Source of the DNA: Elusimicrobiota bacterium
GTDB lineage: Bacteria > Elusimicrobiota > Elusimicrobia > UBA1565
Direction of reading: 5' to 3'
Assembly: GCA_043827405.1 (NCBI GenBank)
Contig: JBDRPD010000083.1
Span: 96,001 to 160,000 of the forward strand
Length of the DNA: 64,000 nucleotides
Shown here: positions 48,741-58,016 of the stretch, piece after piece
Position numbering within the stretch: position 1 is the first letter of the stretch
How the letters are laid out: each line of letters opens with the position of its first letter
Position numbers and translations under genes: made by a program
Notes under the pieces: model-generated
Told to the model about the DNA's origin: nothing
Seen by the model: the letters and a program-made list of their open reading frames with translations, nothing else
The model's database searches: none

Positions 48741-51700
48741 GTGAGAAGATACTGTGCCGTCATCCTGTCGGCGTCGTTGATCCTGGCCGCTCCCGGCCCG
48801 GGGAGCTGGGCGAGCGCCGCCCAGGTGGTGATACCGAAGACCGGAGCCGCGCCCGTGGTTTCGGGAGGCGTCGCGGTGCCGGTCGGGGCACAGTTTGCTT
48901 CGGGCATGCAGGCGGGCTTTAGCGCCGCTCCCGCGCTCTCCTTGGGCGTTTTGCCCGGGATGGACAGGACGCCTTCTCAGGGTGCCGTCTTTCAGCTTCC
49001 GGTTTCCCTCACGCTTCCCGTTTCCCCCGCGCTGCGGCGCAGTCATCAGGGCCTTTCCGGCGTAACCGGCGTCCCGGGTGTTATGCCCGTTCAGCCCGGC
49101 ACGCATATGGGGGATGCGCAGAAGACCGGCCGGCTGCGGCAGGCTTCACCCTACGCGGCCCAGCCATCGCGCGGCGCCTTTAAGAATACCTTGCTGCAGT
49201 CGCTGCGGCTGCCCTCGCGTCTGAAGGATAGTTCACAGATGAGCGGGGAGGAGTTGTCGCGGACTGCTGAACACGATTTCCGCCTGCATGCCGGCGCCGG
49301 TGCGGGCGGCGGTTCCGGCGCCGTCAGCGCGACGCCGTATAAAGGAAGCGCGGTTTTCGCAGCTCCTTCCGGCGCGGGGCACACCGCGGTTCCCGGCGAA
49401 GCATCGGGCATCCGTCAGGGCTGGCAGGCGCTCGCCAAGCTCTTCGCGCGCAGCGGACCGGCGGGGCTCCCTTCCGGAGTGCTGAAGCTGCACACTCCCG
49501 ACGGACCGGTTAAATCCATGAATATCCGCTCTGTCGCGGGAAGAGCTCCCGGTTCGGCGGGCGGGAGCGCGGTCCTGAAAAACAGCGCGGTCGCCGAAAA
49601 GAACACTGTTTCCGACGTCTCTGCGGAGGCAATCGTGCCGGGCGGAAAAGCGGCGCCGGCTATGTCCGGATCCAGCGGAGTTAAGCCGGCGGCGGCGATT
49701 GAGAAATCTTTTTCCGTAGAGAACGGCTCGGAGTCCGGCGCGCCGGTACGCGAATATCGCTCGGCCTATTTCCCGCTGACCGTCGCCATGGTTTCGGCGG
49801 CGGTGCTGGGGCTCGCCCTCGGCCTGCCGGCGCTGCTGCAGACGATCGCTCCCGCTCTGCTGCCGAGCGCCGCTCTGCAGTCGCTGTCGGCATCGGCCGG
49901 CGTCGAATTCTTCGGCGCGGCCCTGCGTGCCGCCGTGGACGTCATCGCGGCGACGACCGCGCTGAGCGCCGCGTATGCGCTGTGGGAGGCGTTCACTTTC
50001 GCGCTGGGCGTCGCGGTGCGCAAGCCGGTATCCGACCAGGAATTCTGGAGCTTTATCCGCCAGGAGCTTAAGGGCTGGGACCTGCATCCCAGCGTCCGGG
50101 AAAGCCTGTTGGGGACGGGGCCGGGGCGCGGGATGCTCAAGCCTTATCGACCGCCGGGACGCTTCGGCGGTCTGGCCTACGGCTTTACGGCGGGCGGGGC
50201 GATCTACCTGCGGCCGGAGATGATCCGGACGCCGTGGCTGTTCCGCTGGGTGCTCAAGCATGAGCTGGTGCACCTTAACAGGCATTTCTCCCGCGGCCCG
50301 CCGGAGCGGTTAACCGGGCTGCATCGGATCTCCCGCTTTTTTGTTTCGGAACTCGGTGCGCGATTCGGGGAATGGCGCTCGATTCGCAAGCTGCGCAGCC
50401 TGCGCATCCCGGTTCTGCACCGCGTCCTGAGCGCCGCGCGGCTTTCGCTCAAACGCAGCAAGCCTTATGACATGCTCATCGTTCATCCGGGCCACCATGA
50501 ATCCCGCAACTCCAAGACCTATGCCGAGCTTTCCGGGGGGCTGGCGAATGTCGTCGAGCTCTATACCAAGGATCAGAGCGACAAGGCGGCGCTGCAGATT
50601 AAAAATGACGCTTTCGCGCCCGATGTCGAGGCCGGCATCCAGCGCCTGTCGAGCGGCGACCGGACGCCGGATGGGAAGCGCGTTCGGGATTATTTGCAGC
50701 GCGAGGAGAACGACAGCCGGTTCCGCCTGATCGTCTATCCGCAGTCTTTCGGCGCCCTGCCCGCAGCCGCCTCCAATGACGGCCGCAAGCTGCGCCGCGC
50801 TCTGCAGCGTCTCGACCGGGTGTATATGCTGTCGCGGCAGATGCCGCTTCTGCAGCGCATCGAGACGGTCCCGACTCGGCGGATCGGGCAGATCGAACGG
50901 CTGATCAATTCGCTCGGCATTGCCTGGAAGCCGGGAATGAGCCCCGAGCATCTCGAACAGCTGATCAACGAAATGTATTACCGTGCGTCCCGCGACGTCA
51001 TGAGCGACGACGCCTTCGTGCAGACTTTGGAGAGCGTCTATGATGCGCTGCATCATCGGGGCTCTCTGCTGCTGCCCTTCGCGCCGGGCGAGCCGGGACT
51101 CGATATGGTCGAGCGGGTCATGCGGTACTGGCGAGCGGAGGACGGGGGACGCTTTAATGTTATGCGCGTCGACCTGCCCGAAGGCGGGCATGTCCTCGTC
51201 GCGCGCAAGAGCGAGCCGCGGGTCGATTTGTGGCTGCGGCCGGCGGCGGATAAGGCGATAAAGAAGTCGGTGACGAATGTGAACACGGCGCGCAATCAGA
51301 CGCCCAGCCCCGAGGATATCCTGCGCGAAGCCGGCTTCAACGATGCGGACCTTGAGCGTTTTAAGAACGCGGACATGGAGGTGCGGCACGTTTTCGGCGC
51401 CGATGTCGGCGATAACCGCATTTACGTCAATGTCCGCCGCAGCCATGCGCAGCTGCTCAAGCAGTATGCGGTGGAGGCCGGCATCCAGTTCCAGAGCTCT
51501 GAGCGTTTCGCCCTGCATCTGGTGGAGAGCGGCCCGCTGCAGAAAGCGGATAAGGTGTGGAAGCTGGGCTTTACCGGCGCGGGCGGGCGCATCTACGATA
51601 TCGACACCGGGCTTGATACGAGCCATCCGGATTTTGCGGACCGGCACATGGAATCGGTGGACTTCGTCGATGAAGGTCCGGAAGACTGGATCGGGCACGG

Positions 51701-54700
51701 CACGCATAAGGCGGGCATCTCCTACGCCAACGGCACGATTTATCGAGGCATGGCTCCGGGAGCCGAAGGACGCATGGGCAAGGTCTTCGCCCAGAACGGC
51801 ATGGGCGCTTCCGACGGAGAGATTATGGCGGCCGCCGTGGATGCCATGCAGTGGGGCGCCGACGTCATCAGCCTCAGCCTCGGCAGCCCCGGGGCCGTTG
51901 AGTCGCCGCTTGCCGAGTTTTTCTCCCGCCTGACCAAGCAGAAGAACGCCAAGGGCGAATATCCGATCGTGACCGGATCGGCCGGCAACTCCGGACCGTT
52001 CAACAGCACCAAGAGCCAGCCCTCGGTGGGCGAGAACGTGGCATCCATCACCGCCGCGGCGAAGAGCCTGGATGACGGCGTGCCGGAGATTTCCTTCTAT
52101 TCCTCCGTGGGGCCCGCCTACGACCGTCGCTACGGCCGGCTGCGCTACCGGCGGCCGCTGGGGCTGACGGCTTTGGGCGGCGACGTGACGACGCCGCCCG
52201 GCGTCAAGGACGTCTACGCGGACGGCATCGAGTCGGTCAAGTCCAAGGATATGCCGGCGGGTCCGTCGGACGCCGCGGACGGGCGCCACACGCGGATGTC
52301 GGGCACGTCGATGTCCAACCCGATGATCGCGGGCATCGCCCTGCTGGTGAAGCAGGCGGTGCAGAGCGTCGTCAAATCCGGGACGGAGGCGTACGATTTC
52401 TTCACCGCCGAGCTGCCGTTCGCCGTCAATATGATCCTCATGCGTTCCGCCGAGGATATGCGGGTCCCTATCTTCTTCCAGGAGGGGGGCTTCGTTGACG
52501 CGCAGGCCGCCGTGCAGCTCGCGGTCCGGTCGTTCGGCGGCGAGTTGATCGGCGGGATGCGGCGCGCCGTCCGCGCCGTCCGGTCTTTGGGGCGCTCGAC
52601 CAATAAGGTGAGCGAAGCCGCCGCGAACAGCGATGCGCGGTCGTGGGATTGGATCGTGCGCGCGAAAGCGGTATGGGAACTCGAGGATCGTCCCTTCGCG
52701 GCGGGCGAGCGGGCGCGGCAGCGCGCCATTAAGAACCTGCAGGCCAAGGCGGTCGCGGCGCCCGGCGGCAATATCGACGGTCCAGAAGAGAGCCCGCAAG
52801 CGGACATGGTCAGCAAGCGGAAGCTCGGTGACGCCGGCAACCGGGCGATGCAAAAGGACTTCGACGCCGTGCGCAGCGACGTGGTCCCCGCGCTGATCGA
52901 GGCGCTGCAGGATAAGGTTTGGATCGTGCGGATGTACGCGGCCTTTGCGCTGCTGAATCTGCGGGCGCCCGAGGCGGTCCTGCCGCTGGCCGATGCGGCG
53001 CTGCAGGACGCCGACGGACGGGTACGGCAGACGGCCTTTCTCGCGCTGGCGGAGACGTCCGGCTACGCCGCGGACGAAGCCCTGCGTCAGGCGCTCAACG
53101 ATGGCCGCCCCGATGTCGAAATGTACGCCGCCTATGCTCTGGCGCGCCACGGCGTCATGGAGGGGATCGCGCGCATCAGCGCCCATGCCCGCAACGCGGA
53201 CAAGAAAGTGCGCTTTACGGCGGTCTGGCTCCTGGGGCAGCTGGGACGGCGGGCGCCTCCTGAAGTCACCGATGTCCTGGCCCGGCGCGTTATCGATACC
53301 GATGAGCGGGGAAATATTCGCCACCTCTCCGTCGCCTCGTTAACCGAAGTGGCGCGCGCCCGGCCCGAATCCCTCACCAATGAGACGATACTGAATCTCC
53401 TTTACTCTTCCGGCCCGCAGAACTTCGCGCTCACCCGCACGATCGCAAAATTCTTCGCCGTCGCTGCGCAGTCCTCGCTTATTCGCGATCGTATGGCCGA
53501 AAAGCCGCTGCGCGAAGACATCCTCCGCTTTATCCATAAATACAAGAACGCCGTGCATCGGCCCGGCGCCCTCGGCGAGATGGTGCGCCTGCTGTCGCGG
53601 ATTTTGAACGTGCCGCTGGACTCTCCGACGCCGCTGCCCAACCCCAGCGGCGAGGGGGTGCCCGGAGTCGATCCGAACCTCGGCCCGGTCGATCTGATCG
53701 TTGAATTCCCGGAAGACGCGCCTGCGGGGGCGCGCATTCAGCGCTTCGAAGATTTTCGCGCTTACTCCGATGTAAGCAGGCGGGGCGAACAGTCGCGGCA
53801 GCGCGCTGCGCAGACGCTCGGTGAGCTCGGTTTGGCGCCGGAGATGGTGGGCACGCATGGGGCCGATCTCCAGGTCGCGATGCCGCACAGCCAGTCGCTG
53901 TGGTTCAGCGTGCCGGACGCCAAGGTGGTGGCGTTCGCCAGCGAGATGGAATCGCGCGGCTACCGCGTGCGCCGGGCGGCGCCGATGTACCGGCTGCTGC
54001 ACGAGACCGGCGAGCTATCCGGCATGCCGGCGCTGCGCGAAAAAAGCGGGCTGACCGGCGACGGGGTTCTGGTGGCTTACCTCGATGAGGGGGGTGATAC
54101 CCAGCACCCGGCCCTCCCGGCCAAGCGCATACGCGTCAAGAAGAATTTTACCACGGACGGCAGGTCCGGCGAAGTCGAGCGTGAGAGCGTTAGTCATGGG
54201 ACCCATGGTATGGGCATCGTGGGCGGCGAAAGCGTCGACGGCTCGCCCTACGTCGGCATGGCGCCGGGCGTGGAGTTCGCGATCGGGAAGGTCCTCGGCG
54301 CCACCGGCGGCAGCGAGGCGACGGTGATGGCCGGCATGGAGTGGGCGGCCAGCTTGTCGGCCGATCCGCTGAAGGACCCGGTGATTATAAATATGAGTCT
54401 CGGCGGTCCCGGTGCGGCCGACAGTCCGATCAGCCGTCTCGTCAACCGCTTGCGGCTGAAGAATATCGGCGTCGTGGCGGCGGCGGGCAACTCCGGGCCG
54501 ATGGAGGGCACGGTCTCCTCGCCGGCGAACGCGGCACTGGCCATCTCGGTCGGCGCGGTGGACAAGGCGAAGCATCTCGCCGACTATTCCTCACGCAGCG
54601 AGAAAGGCGTACGCGAGCTGTCCTGGGTGGACTTCGGCGGCGCGGTGTTCTTCGACCGGCCGAACCTTTACGATATCGTCTCGGCGCTCAATACCCGCCT

Positions 54701-55163
54701 GCAGGAAGAGATGGCGGATTCTCCGACCGGCGTAAAGTGGAAGGATAAGCTGCTGTACCACACCATGTCGGGGACGTCGATGGCCGCGCCGCATACCACG
54801 GGCAAGCTGGCGGTGCTCGTCGAGGGCATGCGCAAAGCCTTCCCCGAGGGCCTGCCGACCGGCTACCTCTTTTATATTGAAAAGCTCGTCGAAGCGACGG
54901 CCGCGCGCATGAAGGACAACGGCGAGAACGAGGTCGGGGCGGGCTTAATAGACGAGGCCGCCGCTCTGGCGGCCCTTGAGAAGGCGCTCACGGACCCGGC
55001 GAAGGTCCGCTCCGAGTCGGAAGCCATGATCCGGCGGGCCGCGGCGGATTACGGGCAGCCCGCCGCTCCCGCGTCCGCGGGCGGCTGGCTTGCGCACCTG
55101 CGGTCGGTGCCGCGGGCGGTCGGCAGCGTCGTGCACTCTTTCATGACGCTGTTTCTCTTTTAG
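48741..55163 (+). CDS. Giant multidomain protease: signal + low-complexity leader, TM segments, HExxH region, two S8 subtilase domains separated by HEAT repeats
   Basis: SD AGGAG before GTG 48741; KHELVH; IDTG/HGTH/GTSM and LDEG/HGTH/GTSM triads; repeats like 'ALQDADGRVRQTAFLALA'. Confidence 0.88.
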   Translation: MRRYCAVILSASLILAAPGPGSWASAAQVVIPKTGAAPVVSGGVAVPVGAQFASGMQAGFSAAPALSLGVLPGMDRTPSQGAVFQLPVSLTLPVSPALRRSHQGLSGVTGVPGVMPVQPGTHMGDAQKTGRLRQASPYAAQPSRGAFKNTLLQSLRLPSRLKDSSQMSGEELSRTAEHDFRLHAGAGAGGGSGAVSATPYKGSAVFAAPSGAGHTAVPGEASGIRQGWQALAKLFARSGPAGLPSGVLKLHTPDGPVKSMNIRSVAGRAPGSAGGSAVLKNSAVAEKNTVSDVSAEAIVPGGKAAPAMSGSSGVKPAAAIEKSFSVENGSESGAPVREYRSAYFPLTVAMVSAAVLGLALGLPALLQTIAPALLPSAALQSLSASAGVEFFGAALRAAVDVIAATTALSAAYALWEAFTFALGVAVRKPVSDQEFWSFIRQELKGWDLHPSVRESLLGTGPGRGMLKPYRPPGRFGGLAYGFTAGGAIYLRPEMIRTPWLFRWVLKHELVHLNRHFSRGPPERLTGLHRISRFFVSELGARFGEWRSIRKLRSLRIPVLHRVLSAARLSLKRSKPYDMLIVHPGHHESRNSKTYAELSGGLANVVELYTKDQSDKAALQIKNDAFAPDVEAGIQRLSSGDRTPDGKRVRDYLQREENDSRFRLIVYPQSFGALPAAASNDGRKLRRALQRLDRVYMLSRQMPLLQRIETVPTRRIGQIERLINSLGIAWKPGMSPEHLEQLINEMYYRASRDVMSDDAFVQTLESVYDALHHRGSLLLPFAPGEPGLDMVERVMRYWRAEDGGRFNVMRVDLPEGGHVLVARKSEPRVDLWLRPAADKAIKKSVTNVNTARNQTPSPEDILREAGFNDADLERFKNADMEVRHVFGADVGDNRIYVNVRRSHAQLLKQYAVEAGIQFQSSERFALHLVESGPLQKADKVWKLGFTGAGGRIYDIDTGLDTSHPDFADRHMESVDFVDEGPEDWIGHGTHKAGISYANGTIYRGMAPGAEGRMGKVFAQNGMGASDGEIMAAAVDAMQWGADVISLSLGSPGAVESPLAEFFSRLTKQKNAKGEYPIVTGSAGNSGPFNSTKSQPSVGENVASITAAAKSLDDGVPEISFYSSVGPAYDRRYGRLRYRRPLGLTALGGDVTTPPGVKDVYADGIESVKSKDMPAGPSDAADGRHTRMSGTSMSNPMIAGIALLVKQAVQSVVKSGTEAYDFFTAELPFAVNMILMRSAEDMRVPIFFQEGGFVDAQAAVQLAVRSFGGELIGGMRRAVRAVRSLGRSTNKVSEAAANSDARSWDWIVRAKAVWELEDRPFAAGERARQRAIKNLQAKAVAAPGGNIDGPEESPQADMVSKRKLGDAGNRAMQKDFDAVRSDVVPALIEALQDKVWIVRMYAAFALLNLRAPEAVLPLADAALQDADGRVRQTAFLALAETSGYAADEALRQALNDGRPDVEMYAAYALARHGVMEGIARISAHARNADKKVRFTAVWLLGQLGRRAPPEVTDVLARRVIDTDERGNIRHLSVASLTEVARARPESLTNETILNLLYSSGPQNFALTRTIAKFFAVAAQSSLIRDRMAEKPLREDILRFIHKYKNAVHRPGALGEMVRLLSRILNVPLDSPTPLPNPSGEGVPGVDPNLGPVDLIVEFPEDAPAGARIQRFEDFRAYSDVSRRGEQSRQRAAQTLGELGLAPEMVGTHGADLQVAMPHSQSLWFSVPDAKVVAFASEMESRGYRVRRAAPMYRLLHETGELSGMPALREKSGLTGDGVLVAYLDEGGDTQHPALPAKRIRVKKNFTTDGRSGEVERESVSHGTHGMGIVGGESVDGSPYVGMAPGVEFAIGKVLGATGGSEATVMAGMEWAASLSADPLKDPVIINMSLGGPGAADSPISRLVNRLRLKNIGVVAAAGNSGPMEGTVSSPANAALAISVGAVDKAKHLADYSSRSEKGVRELSWVDFGGAVFFDRPNLYDIVSALNTRLQEEMADSPTGVKWKDKLLYHTMSGTSMAAPHTTGKLAVLVEGMRKAFPEGLPTGYLFYIEKLVEATAARMKDNGENEVGAGLIDEAAALAALEKALTDPAKVRSESEAMIRRAAADYGQPAAPASAGGWLAHLRSVPRAVGSVVHSFMTLFLF

Positions 55164-55166
55164 GGT

Positions 55167-56057
55167 TTAGTCGCCGAGAATCTGCCGGGTTCGCTGTTCG
55201 GCGGAAATCACCGTGTTGTAGAGCAGGAAGGTGACGGTCAGCGGGCCGATGCCGCCCGGGACCGGAGTGATAAATCCCGCGACCTGGCGCGCCGATTCAA
55301 AGTCCACATCGCCGCATATCTCATTGCCCTTGCTGTATACGCCGGCGTCCAGCACGATTGCGCCGGGCTTGAGCCAGTCGCCGTGGATAAAGCGCGGTTT
55401 GCCGACCGCCGAGACTACGATGTCGGCGCGGCGGACGAGGCCCGGCAGGTCCTTGGTCTGGGAGTGGCACAAGGTCACCGTGGCGTCGAGGCAGGACAGC
55501 AGGTGCGCCGTCGGTTTGCCGACGATATTCGAGCGGCCGATTATGACCGCCGCCAGGCCCCGCGGGTCTACTCCGGTCTCCAGCAGCAGCTGGATGGTGG
55601 CGATTGCCGTGCAGGGGATGAGGGTGTCGGCGCGCTTGAGCTGCTGGAAGGACTTTTCCCGGAACAGCTTGCCGAAGTTCGCCGAGGTCACTCCCTCGAC
55701 GTCCTTTTCCTGAGGGATCGCTTCGATAATGCGGCGGGCGTCCAAGTGTTCGGGCATGGGCAGCTCGACGATAATCCCATCAATATTGAGATCCTGGTCG
55801 AGCTTGCCGAGGATGCGCAGGACATCTTTTTCCTTGATGGACTGCGGTAGTGCCTCGACGGTGCACTCGACGCCCGCGTTCTTGCAGGCGTTGAGCTTAT
55901 GCTTGAGATATATCTGGGATGACGGATCGCCGCCGATCGAGAGGATGGCGAGATGCGGCGGGCTGCCGCGCTTTTCCAGGACCAATGAAGAGCGTTCCTG
56001 CAGGTCCTTGAGCAGGTTCTGCGCGACCTTCTTCCCTTTGAGCAGCACCGCGCTCAT
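55167..56057 (-). CDS. folD: Methylenetetrahydrofolate dehydrogenase/cyclohydrolase
   Basis: KDVEG, PCTA, GRSNIVGKP, TVTLCHS, TPVPGGIGPLT. Confidence 0.96.
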   Translation of the reverse strand: MSAVLLKGKKVAQNLLKDLQERSSLVLEKRGSPPHLAILSIGGDPSSQIYLKHKLNACKNAGVECTVEALPQSIKEKDVLRILGKLDQDLNIDGIIVELPMPEHLDARRIIEAIPQEKDVEGVTSANFGKLFREKSFQQLKRADTLIPCTAIATIQLLLETGVDPRGLAAVIIGRSNIVGKPTAHLLSCLDATVTLCHSQTKDLPGLVRRADIVVSAVGKPRFIHGDWLKPGAIVLDAGVYSKGNEICGDVDFESARQVAGFITPVPGGIGPLTVTFLLYNTVISAEQRTRQILGD

Positions 56058-56998
56058 GGTCGGCGTCCCTCCAGTACCCGCAGCATCTTGTACAGCGGTT
56101 CAATAAAACGGACGGGGCGGCCGTTGCGTCTTGCCGCCGTGATCAGTGGTTTTAGGATGGCGTCCGCTTCGGTCGGTCGTCCGGCGGCGATGTCCTGAGC
56201 CATGGAGTTGACTTGATCGGGGGCCGCGGCGCAGCCGCGAACTACGCGCGCGGCGGGCCGGGAGTCCAGCGATGGATAGCCGGCGGCTTTGGCGATGTCC
56301 GCCGCTTCATTGACGACGCGCACCAGGAGTTCCCGCAGCGCGGGTTCGGAGGCCAGCTCGCCGTTGGTCCGCATCGCCAGCGTGCCGAGCGGATTGATCG
56401 CGGCGTTGTGAATCAGCTTCGTCCACAGCAGGCGCTCGGGCGAGCGCACGATCCGGACGGTCCACCCGGCGCCGCGCAGCAGGACTGCGGCGGCGCGGCA
56501 TGCCGTTTTGTTGGCCGGCGTCTCGGCGAGGGCGATCTCGCGGCCGCCGGTATGGCGGATTGTCGCGGAGCCCGTGCGCATGGCCGCGATATAGCAGGTT
56601 CCGAAGACGGCGCGCGCGGGCCCGTAAGCGCGCAGGATCGGTCCGGTGTGGCCGATTCCGTTTATGAGGCTGACGATCGGCGTCGCGGGATCGACGATGC
56701 CGCGGACGGCGGCCAGCGCCTTGCTTAAGCCGGCGGCCTTCACGCAGAGGAAGACCGCCCGGCATCCCGGACGGCGCGCGGGCCGGGGGGTTATGTCGAG
56801 CCAGCCGCGAATGAGCTTCCGGCGGCGGGGAGGCGCCGTGATGGTTAGGCCGCTGCGCTTGAGAGCGGCCGCGCGGGCGGCGCTGCGCGCGACCAGCAGC
56901 ACCTGGTCGCCGCGGCGGCGCAGGCTGGCCGCGAGCGTGCCCCCGATCGCGCCCGGACCGACGACGGCCGTAAAAGCGTTTGTATGTTTTCGCGGCAT
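56054..56998 (-). CDS. panE: 2-dehydropantoate 2-reductase
   Basis: GPGAIG, CVK, LINGIG, WTKLIHNAAINP, SMAQDI...TE. Confidence 0.9.
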   Translation of the reverse strand: MPRKHTNAFTAVVGPGAIGGTLAASLRRRGDQVLLVARSAARAAALKRSGLTITAPPRRRKLIRGWLDITPRPARRPGCRAVFLCVKAAGLSKALAAVRGIVDPATPIVSLINGIGHTGPILRAYGPARAVFGTCYIAAMRTGSATIRHTGGREIALAETPANKTACRAAAVLLRGAGWTVRIVRSPERLLWTKLIHNAAINPLGTLAMRTNGELASEPALRELLVRVVNEAADIAKAAGYPSLDSRPAARVVRGCAAAPDQVNSMAQDIAAGRPTEADAILKPLITAARRNGRPVRFIEPLYKMLRVLEGRRP

Positions 56999-57029
56999 CG
57001 CGCTAATGTACTATTTATCGCCGCAAAGA

Positions 57030-57060
57030 AAAACCCGCCCAGCATGGCTGGACGGGTTTT
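57030..57060 (-). terminator. Intrinsic terminator downstream of the 79-aa gene
   Basis: AAAACCCG-CCCAGC...GCTGG-ACGGGTTTT stem with T tracts on both strands. Confidence 0.75.
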
Positions 57061-57079
57061 GTCTGCGGAACGTACGGTC

Positions 57080-57319
57080 TTAGCGCTTTTTCGCTTTCTT
57101 CGCGTTGACCATCTGGGCCCGGGAGATGTCGCCCTTCTTGTCGAGGAAGTAAAGGTAGCCTTTCTCCTTCGTGATGCCGGCCTTCGCGACCTTCTTCGGT
57201 TTGCCGCCCTTCTTGCCGCCGCGTGCCATGATCGCACGGGACACATCACCCTGCTTGTCGATGTAGTAAAGGAATCCCGACTCACGCGTCACGCCGACCT
57301 TCTGTACTTTCTCAGCCAT
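57080..57319 (-). CDS. Small basic protein made of two tandem ~30-aa repeats
   Basis: SD AGGAG; own promoter and terminator; internal duplication KVG.TRE.GFLYYIDKQGDVSRA.M / KAG.TKE.GYLYFLDKKGDISRA.M. Confidence 0.85.
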   Translation of the reverse strand: MAEKVQKVGVTRESGFLYYIDKQGDVSRAIMARGGKKGGKPKKVAKAGITKEKGYLYFLDKKGDISRAQMVNAKKAKKR

Positions 57320-57427
57320 TCTTTTCTCCTGTGCAGCGCCTTGTGTTCAAGCACGCTACGACTTAATATCTTCGACGGGGGATGCGGCATTTCCCGTCGG
57401 TCGACGGAGGATACTCCATCGGGTCTC

Positions 57428-57456
57428 AGAATACATTATCTCTCGTCGGAATGCAA
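57428..57456 (-). promoter_or_regulatory. Sigma70 promoter of the 79-aa gene
   Basis: Minus strand TTGCAT, 17-nt spacer, TATTCT. Confidence 0.65.
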
Positions 57457-57500
57457 GTATTTTCTCGTCGAGTTCCCGACGAGAAAAATAGGAGGCGGGG

Positions 57501-57761
57501 CTATTTGGTTTTAAACAGCGGGATCTGCGGCTCCGCCGGGCGCGTAATCAGCCGTTCCTTGAGCCACTTGTCGATGAGGTCTTTCGAGAAGCGGTATTGG
57601 CGTCCGATGCGCGATGCGGGAACCTTTTTCTGCCGGATGAGGTTATAAATTTTGGACCGGCCCATTCCCAGGTACTGCGCGAGTGTTTTGATGTCCATCA
57701 CTTCGGGCGGCGGCCCCAGGAATTGCTTGCGTGAACTCTTTCTTTTTCGCTTTTTTGGCAT
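57501..57761 (-). CDS. Excisionase-family (HTH_17) DNA-binding protein
   Basis: 'MDIKTLAQYLGMGRSKIYNLIRQKKVPASRIGRQYRF...IDKWL'; basic N-terminal arm; start assigned to ATG 57761. Confidence 0.88.
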   Translation of the reverse strand: MPKKRKRKSSRKQFLGPPPEVMDIKTLAQYLGMGRSKIYNLIRQKKVPASRIGRQYRFSKDLIDKWLKERLITRPAEPQIPLFKTK

Positions 57762-57804
57762 AAATTCGCCGTTTACTGCGTGATTAACCGCTTGTTCTAA
57801 TAAT

Positions 57805-57833
57805 AGGTTACAGTTTGTGTTATATTCTGTCAA
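57805..57833 (-). promoter_or_regulatory. Sigma70 promoter of the HTH gene
   Basis: Minus strand TTGACA, 17-nt spacer, TAACCT. Confidence 0.6.
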
Positions 57834-57853
57834 TAGTTGCTGTCGTCGCGGGG

Positions 57854-57881
57854 TTGCGAATAGCAATTTTTATGGTACAAT
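57854..57881 (+). promoter_or_regulatory. Distal promoter upstream of rpsF
   Basis: TTGCGA, 16-nt spacer, TG-extended TACAAT. Confidence 0.55.
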
Positions 57882-57977
57882 TTTGCATCTAGTTGGACCC
57901 CGCGCGGCGGTAGCCGGCGGCGGACACGGATAGCCGGAGGCTGACGTCCTGGATTCCGGAAGAGTATTTTTTTCGGA

Positions 57978-58007
57978 TTGTCGGCGTCGCCTACGTTTTG
58001 TTAAAAT
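57978..58007 (+). promoter_or_regulatory. Proximal promoter of rpsF
   Basis: TTGTCG, 18-nt spacer, TG-extended TAAAAT, 9 nt before ATG 58017. Confidence 0.5.
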
Positions 58008-58016
58008 TGGTGAACA

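Noticed and set aside
50310..53324. 1004-aa minus-strand ORF
   Set aside because: Antisense shadow of the subtilase gene; no motifs; long reverse-frame ORFs are expected with GC-rich codon bias
57501..57761. Excisionase-like gene as a sign of a prophage or ICE
   Set aside because: No integrase, att-like repeat, tRNA or phage genes nearby; flanks are housekeeping genes
57890..57965. Possible tRNA or SRP RNA
   Set aside because: No T-loop GTTCRA or cloverleaf, and no SRP CAGG...GNRA...AGCAG motif
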